Made by a program: the position numbers and the translations under genes
DNA from: Pirellulales bacterium
GTDB taxonomy: Bacteria; Planctomycetota; Planctomycetia; Pirellulales; JAICIG01
Assembly: GCA_040901675.1 (NCBI GenBank)
Contig: JBBDYJ010000035.1
Span: 1 to 64,000, forward strand
Length of the DNA stretch: 64,000 nucleotides
Direction: 5' to 3'
Notes under the pieces: generated by a model
The model's database searches: none
Seen by the model: only the letters and a program-made list of their open reading frames with translations
What the model was told of the DNA's origin: nothing
In this document: positions 24,170-33,472 of the stretch, piece by piece
Position numbering within the stretch: position 1 is the first letter of the stretch
Layout of the letters: every line of letters starts with the position of its first letter

Positions 24170-24460
24170 TTCCGTTCTTGATTCATCGGGTCGGGTCTTC
24201 TTGTCCTGTGACCCCATAGCGTCTCTCTGATGCCGGAGGTTTCCAGCGTAGGGGCGGGATAATACGCCGAGAGCGGCATCGGGGGCAATGGCATTGGACC
24301 GGGGCCCCCGGGCCGATCCACCGGTCCCACGTCCGCCGCCTCCCTCCTCCGGCCTCCTTCTATTCCTCCTTCCTCCTTTCACGCCACCCTCCACCCTCCA
24401 CTCTCCACGCGTTATAATGGCCCCGTCGAATCAACAGCACCTTGAGCGAGCAGCCAGCCT

Positions 24461-25402
24461 ATGCAATCCGAGCTCCAGAGCCTGGTCGGGGACCTGGAGG
24501 CCAACATGGGCAAAGTAGTCCTGGGCAAGCCCAACGTCGTCCGGCTCTGCATCGTGGCACTGCTGGCCGGCGAACACGTCCTGCTCGAAGACGTGCCGGG
24601 CGTGGGCAAGACGCTGGTCGGCAAGGCCCTGGCCAAGAGCGTGGCGGCCCGCTTCTGCCGCATCCAGTTCACACCCGACCTGTTGCCCAGCGACATCGTC
24701 GGCTCCAGCGTGTTCAACGCCAAGAACAGCGAGTTCTTCTTCAGCCAGGGGCCCGTGTTTGCCAACATTGTCCTGGCCGACGAGATCAATCGCACCACGC
24801 CGCGCACGCAAAGCGCGCTGCTGGAGGCCATGAGCGACAGCCAGGTCTCGGTCGACGGCCAGACCCATAACCTGCCCAAGCCCTTCATGGTCATCGCCAC
24901 GCAGAACCCGTTCGAGTTCGAGGGAACCTATCCGCTGCCCGAGAGCCAGCTCGACCGGTTCCTCCTGCGGATCAGCGTTGGATACCCCGACCGCGAGGAC
25001 GAGCTGCAGGTGCTTTCAATCCATCGCCAGGGAGAGCCGGTCGACCACCTGACTAGCGTGCTCGATTGCCAGCAGGTGCTCTCGCTGCAGCACGCCGTGC
25101 GGCAAGTGACCGTCGACGAGTCGATCCACGAATACCTGCTCGACATCGTCGAAGCCACCCGCAACAGCAACGAGCTGCACGTCGGCGTGAGCACCCGCGG
25201 TGCCTTGTGCCTCTACCGGGCCAGCCAGTCGCTGGCCATGATCGAGGGGCGAGAGTACGTGGTCCCCGACGACGTCAAGCGCCTGGCCGTGCCCGTGCTC
25301 GCCCATCGCGTGATCACACGGGGCTATCTGCACGGAAGCCAGCGGGGCGCCGTCGAGGCCTTGATCCAGCGTTTCGTCGACGATCTGCCCGTTCCAGGTT
25401 AG
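24461..25402 (+). CDS. moxR: MoxR family AAA+ ATPase
   Basis: [50 protein letters not shown] at 24413-24418. Confidence 0.95.
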   Translation: MQSELQSLVGDLEANMGKVVLGKPNVVRLCIVALLAGEHVLLEDVPGVGKTLVGKALAKSVAARFCRIQFTPDLLPSDIVGSSVFNAKNSEFFFSQGPVFANIVLADEINRTTPRTQSALLEAMSDSQVSVDGQTHNLPKPFMVIATQNPFEFEGTYPLPESQLDRFLLRISVGYPDREDELQVLSIHRQGEPVDHLTSVLDCQQVLSLQHAVRQVTVDESIHEYLLDIVEATRNSNELHVGVSTRGALCLYRASQSLAMIEGREYVVPDDVKRLAVPVLAHRVITRGYLHGSQRGAVEALIQRFVDDLPVPG

Positions 25403-25422
25403 CCTGCCCAAGGTCCGTCGCC

Positions 25423-26604
25423 ATGCGCCTGCTACAACGAGTCGCCATCTCGCGGGAGGGCTGGTGCTACCTGGTCGTCATGGCCTTTATCCTGGCCGGC
25501 GCGCTGTTGCGGCAGATCAACCTGCTGGTGATCCTGTTCGGCATGCTGGCCGGGCCGATGCTGGCTAGTTGGCGCCTTGTCAAGGCCACCCTCAGGCGGC
25601 TCGACGTCAAGCGCAACCTGCCCGATTCGATCTCCGCCGGTGACTTGCTGATCGTCGAGATCGTGGCCGCCAACCGGCGCCGCCGGCTGCCGAGCTGGGT
25701 CGTGGTGGTCCAGGACTTCATCCGTCCCCAGGCCTCGGCCGGAAGCTCCCAGCTCATCCAGCCGCGCGTGCTGTTCACCTTCTTGCCGGCCGGCCGGACC
25801 ACCTCGATGACCTACCGGGGCCGGCTGACGCAGCGCGGGCTCTACCAGTTCGGCCCGCTGCGCATGTCCACTCGATTTCCGCTCGGGCTCTTGTGGCACT
25901 CGGTGAACCTGGGGCAAAAGGACGAGCTGATCGTCTTTCCGCGGCTGGGACGCCTGACGCCGCTGTTCAACCGGCTGCAGAACTCGGCCGAGCCGGGGGT
26001 CGGGCAGGCGACGCGGCAACAGGGCTTTCTCGAAGGCGAGTTCTACGCCTTGCGCGACTGGCGCAGCGGAGACAGCCGCCGCTGGGTTCATTGGCGGACC
26101 ACCGCCCGCAGGCAGACCGCCGTGGTCAGGCAATTCGAGCAGCAGCGCAACCAGGACGTGGCCGTCGTCCTCGACGCCTGGCAGCCCGATAAGCCCCGCG
26201 AAGAGCATGCCGACGCGGTCGAGCTTGCCGTCAGCTTTGCGGCCTCGATCGTCGCCGATCTCTGCCGCCGGGGCGGGCGTTGGCTCTGCCTGGCCATCGC
26301 CGGCCGCGAGCATTGGCTGGAGAACGGGCCCACTTCGACCGCCCTGTTGCACGAGTCGATGCGCGGACTGGCCCTGGCCCAGGCCACCTCCGCCGATCGC
26401 CTGGGCGACGTGCTGGCCGCCACCATCGATCGCATCCGCCCGGGCACCAGGGTCCTGCTCATCAGTTCGCGCGGAGTCGACTTGAGCGACTCCGGCCGCT
26501 TCGAGACCGTGTGGGCCGACGAGCGGCGGCGGCCATGGCTGTCGAGGATTCGCGTATTCGACGCCAGCCAAGACGAACTTGCCGAATTTTTTGTCCCTGC
26601 CTGA
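25423..26604 (+). CDS. DUF58 domain protein
   Basis: TRFPLGL, EFYALRDWRSGDSRRWVHWRTTAR, VRQFE. Confidence 0.9.
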   Translation: MRLLQRVAISREGWCYLVVMAFILAGALLRQINLLVILFGMLAGPMLASWRLVKATLRRLDVKRNLPDSISAGDLLIVEIVAANRRRRLPSWVVVVQDFIRPQASAGSSQLIQPRVLFTFLPAGRTTSMTYRGRLTQRGLYQFGPLRMSTRFPLGLLWHSVNLGQKDELIVFPRLGRLTPLFNRLQNSAEPGVGQATRQQGFLEGEFYALRDWRSGDSRRWVHWRTTARRQTAVVRQFEQQRNQDVAVVLDAWQPDKPREEHADAVELAVSFAASIVADLCRRGGRWLCLAIAGREHWLENGPTSTALLHESMRGLALAQATSADRLGDVLAATIDRIRPGTRVLLISSRGVDLSDSGRFETVWADERRRPWLSRIRVFDASQDELAEFFVPA

Positions 26605-26624
26605 GCGGCGGGTGGAGTGGTTAC

Positions 26625-29042
26625 GTGCACGTCGAACGCTTATTGCAAGTCAGCATGGCCGCCCTGGTCACCCTGGGCACGCTGCTGTTGGGCATGGGCG
26701 AACGCAACATGCTCTTGCCCCTGCTGGCCTTCATCGTGGCCGTCAGCTCCGTATACCTCACCGACGTCAAAGGCTGGCTGCAATTGAACACCACGCTGGC
26801 CAACGTGGCAGCCATCGCCGCCCTCTGGATGTCGGTCCGCGAACTCGACGCCCTGCACAGCGAGCGGCAACTGGTGTCCATGGCCAACCTCTTGATCTAC
26901 CTGCAGTTTGTCTTGATGTACCGCAGGAAAACCGTCCGCGGATATTGGATGCTGGCCATCTTGAGCCTGCTCCAAGTGGCCGTCGCTGCCGCCTTGAACC
27001 TTTCGATCGTCTTCGGCTTCCTGCTCGTGCTGTACATGTTCATGGGTCTCTTGACGCTGGCCCTGTTCTTCCTCTATCGCGAACTGGCGGACCAGGAAGC
27101 CTCGGCCGGCCCGGGCGGCGACGAACCGACCCGCGGCCAGGGCGACCGCCGCTGGCCGCTGGCCGCCGTCCCGGCTGGCTTTTCAGGCAGGACCTCCGGC
27201 GACACGCAGCAGCCGGGGCTGGTGTGGGCCTTGTTCCGCCAGGTCGCCAGGCTCAGCGTGGTCAGCCTGCTGCTGGCCGTCGTGGTCTTTTTTGTCCTCC
27301 CACGCCTCGGCAACACCGACCGCTGGCGAACGCGGCCCGGCGGCACCTACCGCGTGATCGGTTTTTCGGAAAGCGTGACGTTGGGCGAGCTGGGCGAGGC
27401 CTACGAAAATCCCGGCGAGGTGATGCAGGTCGAGCTGTTCGATCACCTCACCGGCGAGCCGTATCGGTTGGGCGACCAGCCCCTGTTCCGCGGCGCGCTG
27501 TTGCAGACTTACGACCGCGGCCGCTGGTCACGGCGGGGAGGGCACGGTGAGAAGCCGAGGATGCCAATCGCCGAGGAGTTGCCCCCCAACGAGGATCTGG
27601 TTCGCCAGGTGATCCGGGCCGCACCGCTCGACGACGACACGCTGTTCTGCGTTGCGCCTTCGTTCCTGGTCTCGGCCGGCTACGAGTCGAACAAGTATCT
27701 CTGCTATTCCGAGCGGACCGAACAGATCCTGCGGCACGACGAGGCGGAACGCATCTTGTTGAAATTCGAGCTGGTGACCATCGGGCTGCGGGACCACTTC
27801 ACCTCGAACATCTCGGTCGCCACCCGCAAGCCGCGCCAGGACGAGATCAACCAAATGCTCGATTTGCCAAAGCCGGAGGGCGGTCCGGATCCCATGGTCG
27901 GCCTCAAGGCGGTGGCCGTGCAGCGCGTCAGCCAAATCCCCGCCGGCCGAGAGCGGTGGGCCCAGTCGCTGACGGCCTACTTGCGCGACAGCGGGTCGTT
28001 CAGCTACTCCTTGACCCCCGTGACGCGCGAAAAGACCCTGGATCCGGTCGAGGATTTTGTCACGCGCAACCGCATTGGCCACTGCGAGTACTTTGCCAGC
28101 GCGTTGACTTTGATGCTGCGGTCGGTCGGTATCCCGGCCCGGATGGCCGTGGGCTTCAAAGGGGGCGAATGGAACAACATCGGCCGCTTTTACCAGGTGC
28201 GGCAGTTGCACGCGCACACCTGGGTCGAAGCGTACCTGGAGGACATCAACGACCTGCCGCTCCGGCTCCGCGGCTCGCCCATGGCAAGAAACAACGGCGC
28301 CTGGCTGACCTTGGACCCGACCCCCGCCACCGTCGATGAAGAGCCGGGCTTCGGCGAGTACGCCTTCAACCAGCTCGCCGACTTCTCCCAGTACATCTGG
28401 TCGAACTACATCATGGGCATGGACGCGCAGCGGCAGCAGGAGGACATCTACCAGCCCGTCGTGCAGTCGGTCGAAGCCACGCTCGAGCGCCTGGCCGACG
28501 CGGAGTCGCGCCGCGAGATGATGCGGGGTTTGCTGGGCTCCGATCCGCGGGGCTGGACCTGGACCGACGGCTGGTTCCACTGGCGGGCCATGATCCTGGT
28601 CACGTCGGGGCTGCTGCTGCTGGTCTTCTCCTGGCGCGCCGCGCGATGGACGGCCCGGGCGGTGATGGGGATCGTCCGCCGCCGCCGCCTGCACGCTGCC
28701 CGACGGATGGCCAGCCGCATCCAGTTCTATTGCCGCTTCGAGGAAGTGCTGGCCCGCCACGGCTGGTCGCGCGCGTCCAACCAGACGCAGTACGAGTTTG
28801 CCGTCTCGGCCGGTGGCCAGCTCGCCGAGTCGCCACGCACGCAGCAGGCCGCCGGCCTGCCCCGGCGGATCGCCGAGGCCTTCTACCGCGTCCGCTTCGG
28901 CCAGGCCTCCCTGGACAACGCGGAAGCGGCCGCGGTCGAACAAGCCGTTTCCGACCTGGCCGGCGCCCTCGACACAGCAACGAACCACGAAGAGAGCCTC
29001 TCGCGAAGGGGCAAAGGCCGCAAAGACGGACGAAAACAATGA
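26625..29042 (+). CDS. Transglutaminase-like membrane protein (TgpA/DUF3488 type)
   Basis: N-terminal TM block; GHCEYFASA, HTWVE and LDPTP Cys-His-Asp triad. Confidence 0.9.
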   Translation: MHVERLLQVSMAALVTLGTLLLGMGERNMLLPLLAFIVAVSSVYLTDVKGWLQLNTTLANVAAIAALWMSVRELDALHSERQLVSMANLLIYLQFVLMYRRKTVRGYWMLAILSLLQVAVAAALNLSIVFGFLLVLYMFMGLLTLALFFLYRELADQEASAGPGGDEPTRGQGDRRWPLAAVPAGFSGRTSGDTQQPGLVWALFRQVARLSVVSLLLAVVVFFVLPRLGNTDRWRTRPGGTYRVIGFSESVTLGELGEAYENPGEVMQVELFDHLTGEPYRLGDQPLFRGALLQTYDRGRWSRRGGHGEKPRMPIAEELPPNEDLVRQVIRAAPLDDDTLFCVAPSFLVSAGYESNKYLCYSERTEQILRHDEAERILLKFELVTIGLRDHFTSNISVATRKPRQDEINQMLDLPKPEGGPDPMVGLKAVAVQRVSQIPAGRERWAQSLTAYLRDSGSFSYSLTPVTREKTLDPVEDFVTRNRIGHCEYFASALTLMLRSVGIPARMAVGFKGGEWNNIGRFYQVRQLHAHTWVEAYLEDINDLPLRLRGSPMARNNGAWLTLDPTPATVDEEPGFGEYAFNQLADFSQYIWSNYIMGMDAQRQQEDIYQPVVQSVEATLERLADAESRREMMRGLLGSDPRGWTWTDGWFHWRAMILVTSGLLLLVFSWRAARWTARAVMGIVRRRRLHAARRMASRIQFYCRFEEVLARHGWSRASNQTQYEFAVSAGGQLAESPRTQQAAGLPRRIAEAFYRVRFGQASLDNAEAAAVEQAVSDLAGALDTATNHEESLSRRGKGRKDGRKQ

Positions 29043-29121
29043 CGGACGCCACGAGGACGGCGGCTGGGTGGCTGGGGAAAAGCCCTAGCGTGCCCCAGTT
29101 GCGATGTTGACGAGGAGGAAA

Positions 29122-29321
29122 AACCACAAAGGACACGAAGGGCACCAAGACCCAGAGGGTTACGAAGATGAGTCGAAATACGGTCTCTCTGCGCGTCTCT
29201 GCGTCTTCCGCGGTTGAAAAGTAGCAGGCACACTTCGTGTGCCGTAGCCCTCCGTCGTCGACCGTGAGGCTCTCTCCGTCCGTCGTCATCCTTCTTCGTG
29301 TCCTTTGTGTCCTTTGTGGTT
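29122..29321. repeat. MITE-like composite with 29-bp imperfect inverted ends
   Basis: AACCACAAAGGACACGAAGGGCACCAAGA (29122-29150) versus TCTTCGTGTCCTTTGTGTCCTTTGTGGTT (29293-29321), 26/29 complementary; encloses a GTAG REP at 29221. Confidence 0.6.
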
Positions 29322-29347
29322 TCCTCTTCATAACGTTCCTCCTTGAT

Positions 29348-30394
29348 ATGAAAATCGGTCTCGTCGGTTACCAAGGCTCCGGAAAGAGCACGCTCTTCGA
29401 GTGGCTGACGGGCGTCGCGCCCGACCCCGCCCTGGCACACGCCGGCCAAAGCGCCATGGCAACCGTGCCCGACGCGCGCGTCGAGCCGCTGGCGGCCATC
29501 TACCGCCCCAAGAAGGTCACCCTGGCCGCCCTCGAGCTGGTCGACACGCCAGGCCTCAGCCGCACTCATGAGGGCAACCCCGCGCGGCTGGGCCTGATCC
29601 GCGAGGCCGGCTGTCTCGTGCTGGTCGTGCCGGCCTTCGACCGCGACGATCCGCTGGCCGACCTGGAGGGCTTCCGCGAGGATCTGCTGCTGGCCGACAT
29701 GGAAATCGTCTCGGGCCGCATCGGGCGCCTCACCGAGAGCGTCAAGAAGCCCCGCCCCAATCGCGACCAGGAGCTGGCCGAGCTGGCCGCCCTCCAGCGC
29801 GTGCTCTCTGCGCTCGAAGCCGGCCGTGCGCTGGTCTCGGCCGGCTTGAGCGAGCAGGAGTTGAAAGCGACGCGCAGCTTTCGCCTGCTCTCCGAGAAGC
29901 CGATGCTGGTAATCATCAACGCGGCCGACGACGCCGAAGATCTCATGGCCCTTTCGCGCGGCCGTGCGGGCCAGGCCGGTCCGCCGGTCGGCGGACCCAT
30001 GCTGGCCGTGCGGGTGGGTTTGGAACTGGAGCTGTCGCGGATGGCCGCGGAGGACCGCTTGGAGTTTGAGCACGAGCTGGGCCTGGCCGGCTCGCGCCGC
30101 GACGAGGTGCTCAGGGGGATTTTGGACGCCTCGGGGCAGATGCTTTACTTCACGGCCGGCGACAAGGAGGTCCGCACTTGGATGTTGCCCAAGGGGGGCA
30201 CGGCTCTGGAGGCGGCCGCCAACGTTCACACCGACCTGGCCCGCGGCTTCATCCGCGCCGAGACGATCCAGTGCAGCGACCTGATCCGGCTGGGCAGCGA
30301 GCGCGAGGTAAAGGCGCACAACCTCGTCCGCCAGGAGCCGAAAGACTACATCGTCCGCGACGGCGACATCCTGACCATCAAGTTCAGCGTGTAA
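29348..30394 (+). CDS. YchF-like P-loop NTPase paralog (DUF933/TGS C-terminus)
   Basis: GYQGSGKST, VPDAR, DTPG, YFTAGDKEVRTW, HTDLARGFIRAE, YIVRDGDI. Confidence 0.85.
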   Translation: MKIGLVGYQGSGKSTLFEWLTGVAPDPALAHAGQSAMATVPDARVEPLAAIYRPKKVTLAALELVDTPGLSRTHEGNPARLGLIREAGCLVLVVPAFDRDDPLADLEGFREDLLLADMEIVSGRIGRLTESVKKPRPNRDQELAELAALQRVLSALEAGRALVSAGLSEQELKATRSFRLLSEKPMLVIINAADDAEDLMALSRGRAGQAGPPVGGPMLAVRVGLELELSRMAAEDRLEFEHELGLAGSRRDEVLRGILDASGQMLYFTAGDKEVRTWMLPKGGTALEAAANVHTDLARGFIRAETIQCSDLIRLGSEREVKAHNLVRQEPKDYIVRDGDILTIKFSV

Positions 30395-30451
30395 GCCGGA
30401 TAGTAGCAGGCACACTCCGTAGTCACGTGGGTGCCCCGAAAGGGGCACTCG

Positions 30452-30743
30452 AAGTTTCGCTGGAGGACCCATTTGGCCAGGCTTACCCGGGGCCTCTCCG
30501 CCGACGATTGCATCCCGCCGGCCGCCGGCGAAGCGGTCCGAATCCGGCGCGAACTGGCTGCCGGCGACCTGTACAGGTTGCATTTCGCCCGTATAGCCGG
30601 ACTTTCCAGGAGAACGGGGCCCGAATCGCGCAACTCCGCTCTCTTATGGGGGATGCTCCTTGCGTTCATCCTTTCGTAAAGGGGTTGCAATCCGCTCGTT
30701 TTCGGGCAAAATGACGAGATTCGCGCTTTCGGGAAACCGGGCT
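30452..30743 (+). repeat. 292-bp direct repeat, copy 1 (duplicate of rplY upstream region)
   Basis: Appears identical to 36324-36615; imperfect similarity extends ~30 bp further upstream. Confidence 0.92.
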
Positions 30744-30745
30744 CG

Positions 30746-30893
30746 ATCAAGAGCGTGGTGATCACCGACACGATCCCGCTTTAGCCCGGAGAAGCTGTTG
30801 CCCAAGATCAAGGTGCCTTGGGTGGCTGCCATGCACGGCGAGGCCATCAAGCGCATCCACCGCAACGAGTCGCTCAGCAAGCTCTTCGTGTAA
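30746..30893 (+). pseudogene. prs: 3' remnant of ribose-phosphate pyrophosphokinase
   Basis: IKSVVITDTIPL (frameshift) SPEKLLPKIKVPWVAAMHGEAIKRIHRNESLSKLFV* matches the Prs C-terminal pattern TDTIP..GEAIxRIH..ES.S.LF. Confidence 0.8.
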
Positions 30894-30918
30894 CGCTCAG
30901 CACGCGGAAGGACAAACG

Positions 30919-31530
30919 ATGTTTCCGCCCATGCGCACCCAGCGGCTGCTGGCGATCCTGCTGGCGGGGACAGTGGCGCCCGGCTCCATGGCGGCACAGG
31001 ACGACAATGAAGCCGACCATCAAGCGCTGCGGGAGCTGAAGGCCGTTTTCGAAAAGGCGGCCAGCGAGAACAATCTCGATCTCCTCCGGCCCCGCTTGCA
31101 CGAATCGTTCACGGCCGTCACGTATACCGACCGCGAATTCACCGACTTCGAGGCATTCAAGACACGCTGGCAGGCAACCCGCGACGCCATTGTGGGAGAC
31201 GGCTCTTACAAAGTCGTGCTCCGGCCCGAGCGGAGCCTGATCCAGGGCGACATCGCCATTGCGCGGGGTGATTCCAATAATTTGCTGGTAACGGGGGCGG
31301 GAAACGAATACCATTTTACGTCGCATTGGACGGCTATCTGCCAGAAATCGGACGGCCAATGGAAGCTGCTGCGGGCCCACAGCTCGCTCGACCCCTTCGG
31401 CAATCCGATGGTGGTTGCCGACGTGCGGCGGAAGCTGATTCAAGTTGGCCTTGCCGCCGCCGTTGGCGGGTTGGTGGTCGGCTGGCTCGCGACCCGCATC
31501 GTGATCCTCAGGCGCGGACCCGTCGGCTGA
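30919..31530 (+). CDS. NTF2/SnoaL-like (DUF4440) exported protein with C-terminal TM anchor
   Basis: Signal peptide; GDIAIARG..WTAICQK.DGQWKLLRAHSS; C-terminal hydrophobic helix. Confidence 0.8.
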   Translation: MFPPMRTQRLLAILLAGTVAPGSMAAQDDNEADHQALRELKAVFEKAASENNLDLLRPRLHESFTAVTYTDREFTDFEAFKTRWQATRDAIVGDGSYKVVLRPERSLIQGDIAIARGDSNNLLVTGAGNEYHFTSHWTAICQKSDGQWKLLRAHSSLDPFGNPMVVADVRRKLIQVGLAAAVGGLVVGWLATRIVILRRGPVG

Positions 31531-32351
31531 TGGATTCACCGTGGCCGGCGCGCCCAGCGTGTCCATCGCCCCTCGCGCAACAGCAAACCAAACTCGCCCA
31601 TGACTCGAACTCCGGTGCTGGAAAGCCGCGATTGCTGACCACAACGCCTGGAGATGTTCTTCCGGTGAAGCCCGACGGGCAGCTCGACTATCGTCCCACC
31701 GCGCGCCGGCCGATCGCCGGTCTCTTCCGCCGCACGGCCGAGTCGGCGGTTCGACTCTGCCTGCGGGCCGGTATCCATGCGGATGCGGTTTCTTACGGCT
31801 CGATCGTGGCCTCGGCGGCCGCGGCGCTCTTGTTCTGGCAGTCGGGACAAGCCGCCTGGCTGCTGGTCCCGGCCGCCGTGCTCTGCTACGTGCGCCTGTG
31901 GCTCAACATGCTGGATGGCATGGTCGCGCTGGCCTCAGGAAAGGCCAGCCTGCGCGGCGAGATCCTGAACGACTTTCCCGACCGGATCTCGGACGTACTG
32001 ATTTTTGTGGGCGCGGCGCATAGCGGGCTTTGCCATCCGGCCAGCGGTTATTGGGTCGCGATTCTTGCGCTGTTGACCGCCTACTCCGGCACGCTGGGCC
32101 AGGCCGTGGGAGTTCAGCGCGAGTTCAGCGGAACCATGTCCAAGCCGTGGCGAATGGTCGCTCTGCACGTAGGTTCATGGATTCTGCTGGCCGATCTTTG
32201 GTGGGCCGGATGGACCAGCTCCTGGCGGCTCAGTATTCTCGACTGGACTCATCTCGTGATCATCGCCGGCTGTCTTCAAACCATCTTCGTGCGGCTCGCT
32301 CGCATCTTGCGCGCGCTCGAGAAGCGCTCTTCCAGAGAGGGAAGGCCGTAA
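31530..32351 (+). CDS. CDP-alcohol phosphatidyltransferase (YnbA-like)
   Basis: NMLDGMVA..GEILNDFPDRISD motif; start either 31530 (TGATG overlap) or 31665. Confidence 0.88.
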   Translation: MDSPWPARPACPSPLAQQQTKLAHDSNSGAGKPRLLTTTPGDVLPVKPDGQLDYRPTARRPIAGLFRRTAESAVRLCLRAGIHADAVSYGSIVASAAAALLFWQSGQAAWLLVPAAVLCYVRLWLNMLDGMVALASGKASLRGEILNDFPDRISDVLIFVGAAHSGLCHPASGYWVAILALLTAYSGTLGQAVGVQREFSGTMSKPWRMVALHVGSWILLADLWWAGWTSSWRLSILDWTHLVIIAGCLQTIFVRLARILRALEKRSSREGRP

Positions 32352-32418
32352 TCGAGACAGCGCGCGATTTGCACGCGGCTTCGCAACTTGCTCGCAGCTT
32401 CGTAACTGGACTGAAAAC

Positions 32419-33366
32419 ATGTCACCGCGGATGGCGCTGGAAAGCGAGATCTTCCGGGCTTACCTGGCAATCGTCATCGGCCTGCTCTTGCTCGGCGGCG
32501 CCACGCTCGCCGTACTCCGCTGGATCGCAAAACGCAACGTGCACCACGCCTGGCAAGCGTTTCAAGGCTGGCTGCTGATGGCCCCCGCCGTGCTGGCCGC
32601 CCTGTTCCTGGGACGTGTGGCGGGCATCCTCTTCATCATCGCCCTGGCGACCTGCGGATTCTGGGAATACGCCCGGGCTACGGACCTGGCTCGGGACCGC
32701 GCCATCAGCGGCGTGGTCTTCGTCGGCATCCTCGGCATGGGCGGCATCGCGCTGGCCATCGATCCTTTCCTCGGCCTGCCAGGCTGGTACGGCATGTTCA
32801 TGACGTTGCCGGTTTACGTGATCGCCGCCATTTTGCTGGTCCCGATCATTCGCAACCGTGCGGCGGGGCAACTGCAAAATGTCGCGCTGGCCGTGCTGGG
32901 GTTCGTTTACATCGGCTGGATGTTGGGGCACCTGGCGTTTCTGGTCAACTCCCGCCATGCCTACGGATACCTATTGTTCCTCTTCTTCGCCGTCGAGTCC
33001 AACGACGTGGCGGCCTACTGTTGCGGCCGCCTGTTCGGGCGGCATCCGCTTCGCGGCAACATCAGCCCCAAGAAGACCTGGGAAGGCTCTTTCGGCGGCC
33101 TGGCCGTATCGCTGGCGCTGCCCTGGTTGCTGTGGTTCTCCTTTCCACATTTCGGGGCTTTGGAATTGATCCTGACCGGGCTGATCGTCGGTATTGGCGG
33201 CCAGTTGGGCGACCTTTCGATCAGCATGATCAAGCGCGACGTGGGCCTCAAGGACATGGGCAGCGCCATTCCAGGCCATGGCGGAATCCTGGACCGCATC
33301 GACAGCTTGATCTACGTCGCCCCGCTGTTTCTTCACATGGTTCGCTTTTTTCACGATTTGTACTGA
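32419..33366 (+). CDS. Phosphatidate cytidylyltransferase (YnbB/CdsA-like)
   Basis: ISPKKTWEG and SMIKRDVGLKDMGSAIPGHGGILDRIDS. Confidence 0.92.
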   Translation: MSPRMALESEIFRAYLAIVIGLLLLGGATLAVLRWIAKRNVHHAWQAFQGWLLMAPAVLAALFLGRVAGILFIIALATCGFWEYARATDLARDRAISGVVFVGILGMGGIALAIDPFLGLPGWYGMFMTLPVYVIAAILLVPIIRNRAAGQLQNVALAVLGFVYIGWMLGHLAFLVNSRHAYGYLLFLFFAVESNDVAAYCCGRLFGRHPLRGNISPKKTWEGSFGGLAVSLALPWLLWFSFPHFGALELILTGLIVGIGGQLGDLSISMIKRDVGLKDMGSAIPGHGGILDRIDSLIYVAPLFLHMVRFFHDLY

Positions 33367-33472
33367 ACAAGGGCGTCTTCATGGTAAGCTGACGGCGCTC
33401 CGTTATTCAGCGAACCCGGTCAGCAATCCCGGCCGCGCTTGCGTCCGATCCCGCTTTGTTACGGTGCCTGCG

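Noticed and set aside
24461..29042. moxR-DUF58-transglutaminase as a novel system
   Set aside because: A well-known widespread gene triad
30431..30714. Duplicated 82-178 aa ORFs within the 292-bp repeats (also 36272-36640)
   Set aside because: Overlapping frames on both strands, no recognisable motif, and non-coding-like composition; more likely promoter/leader DNA
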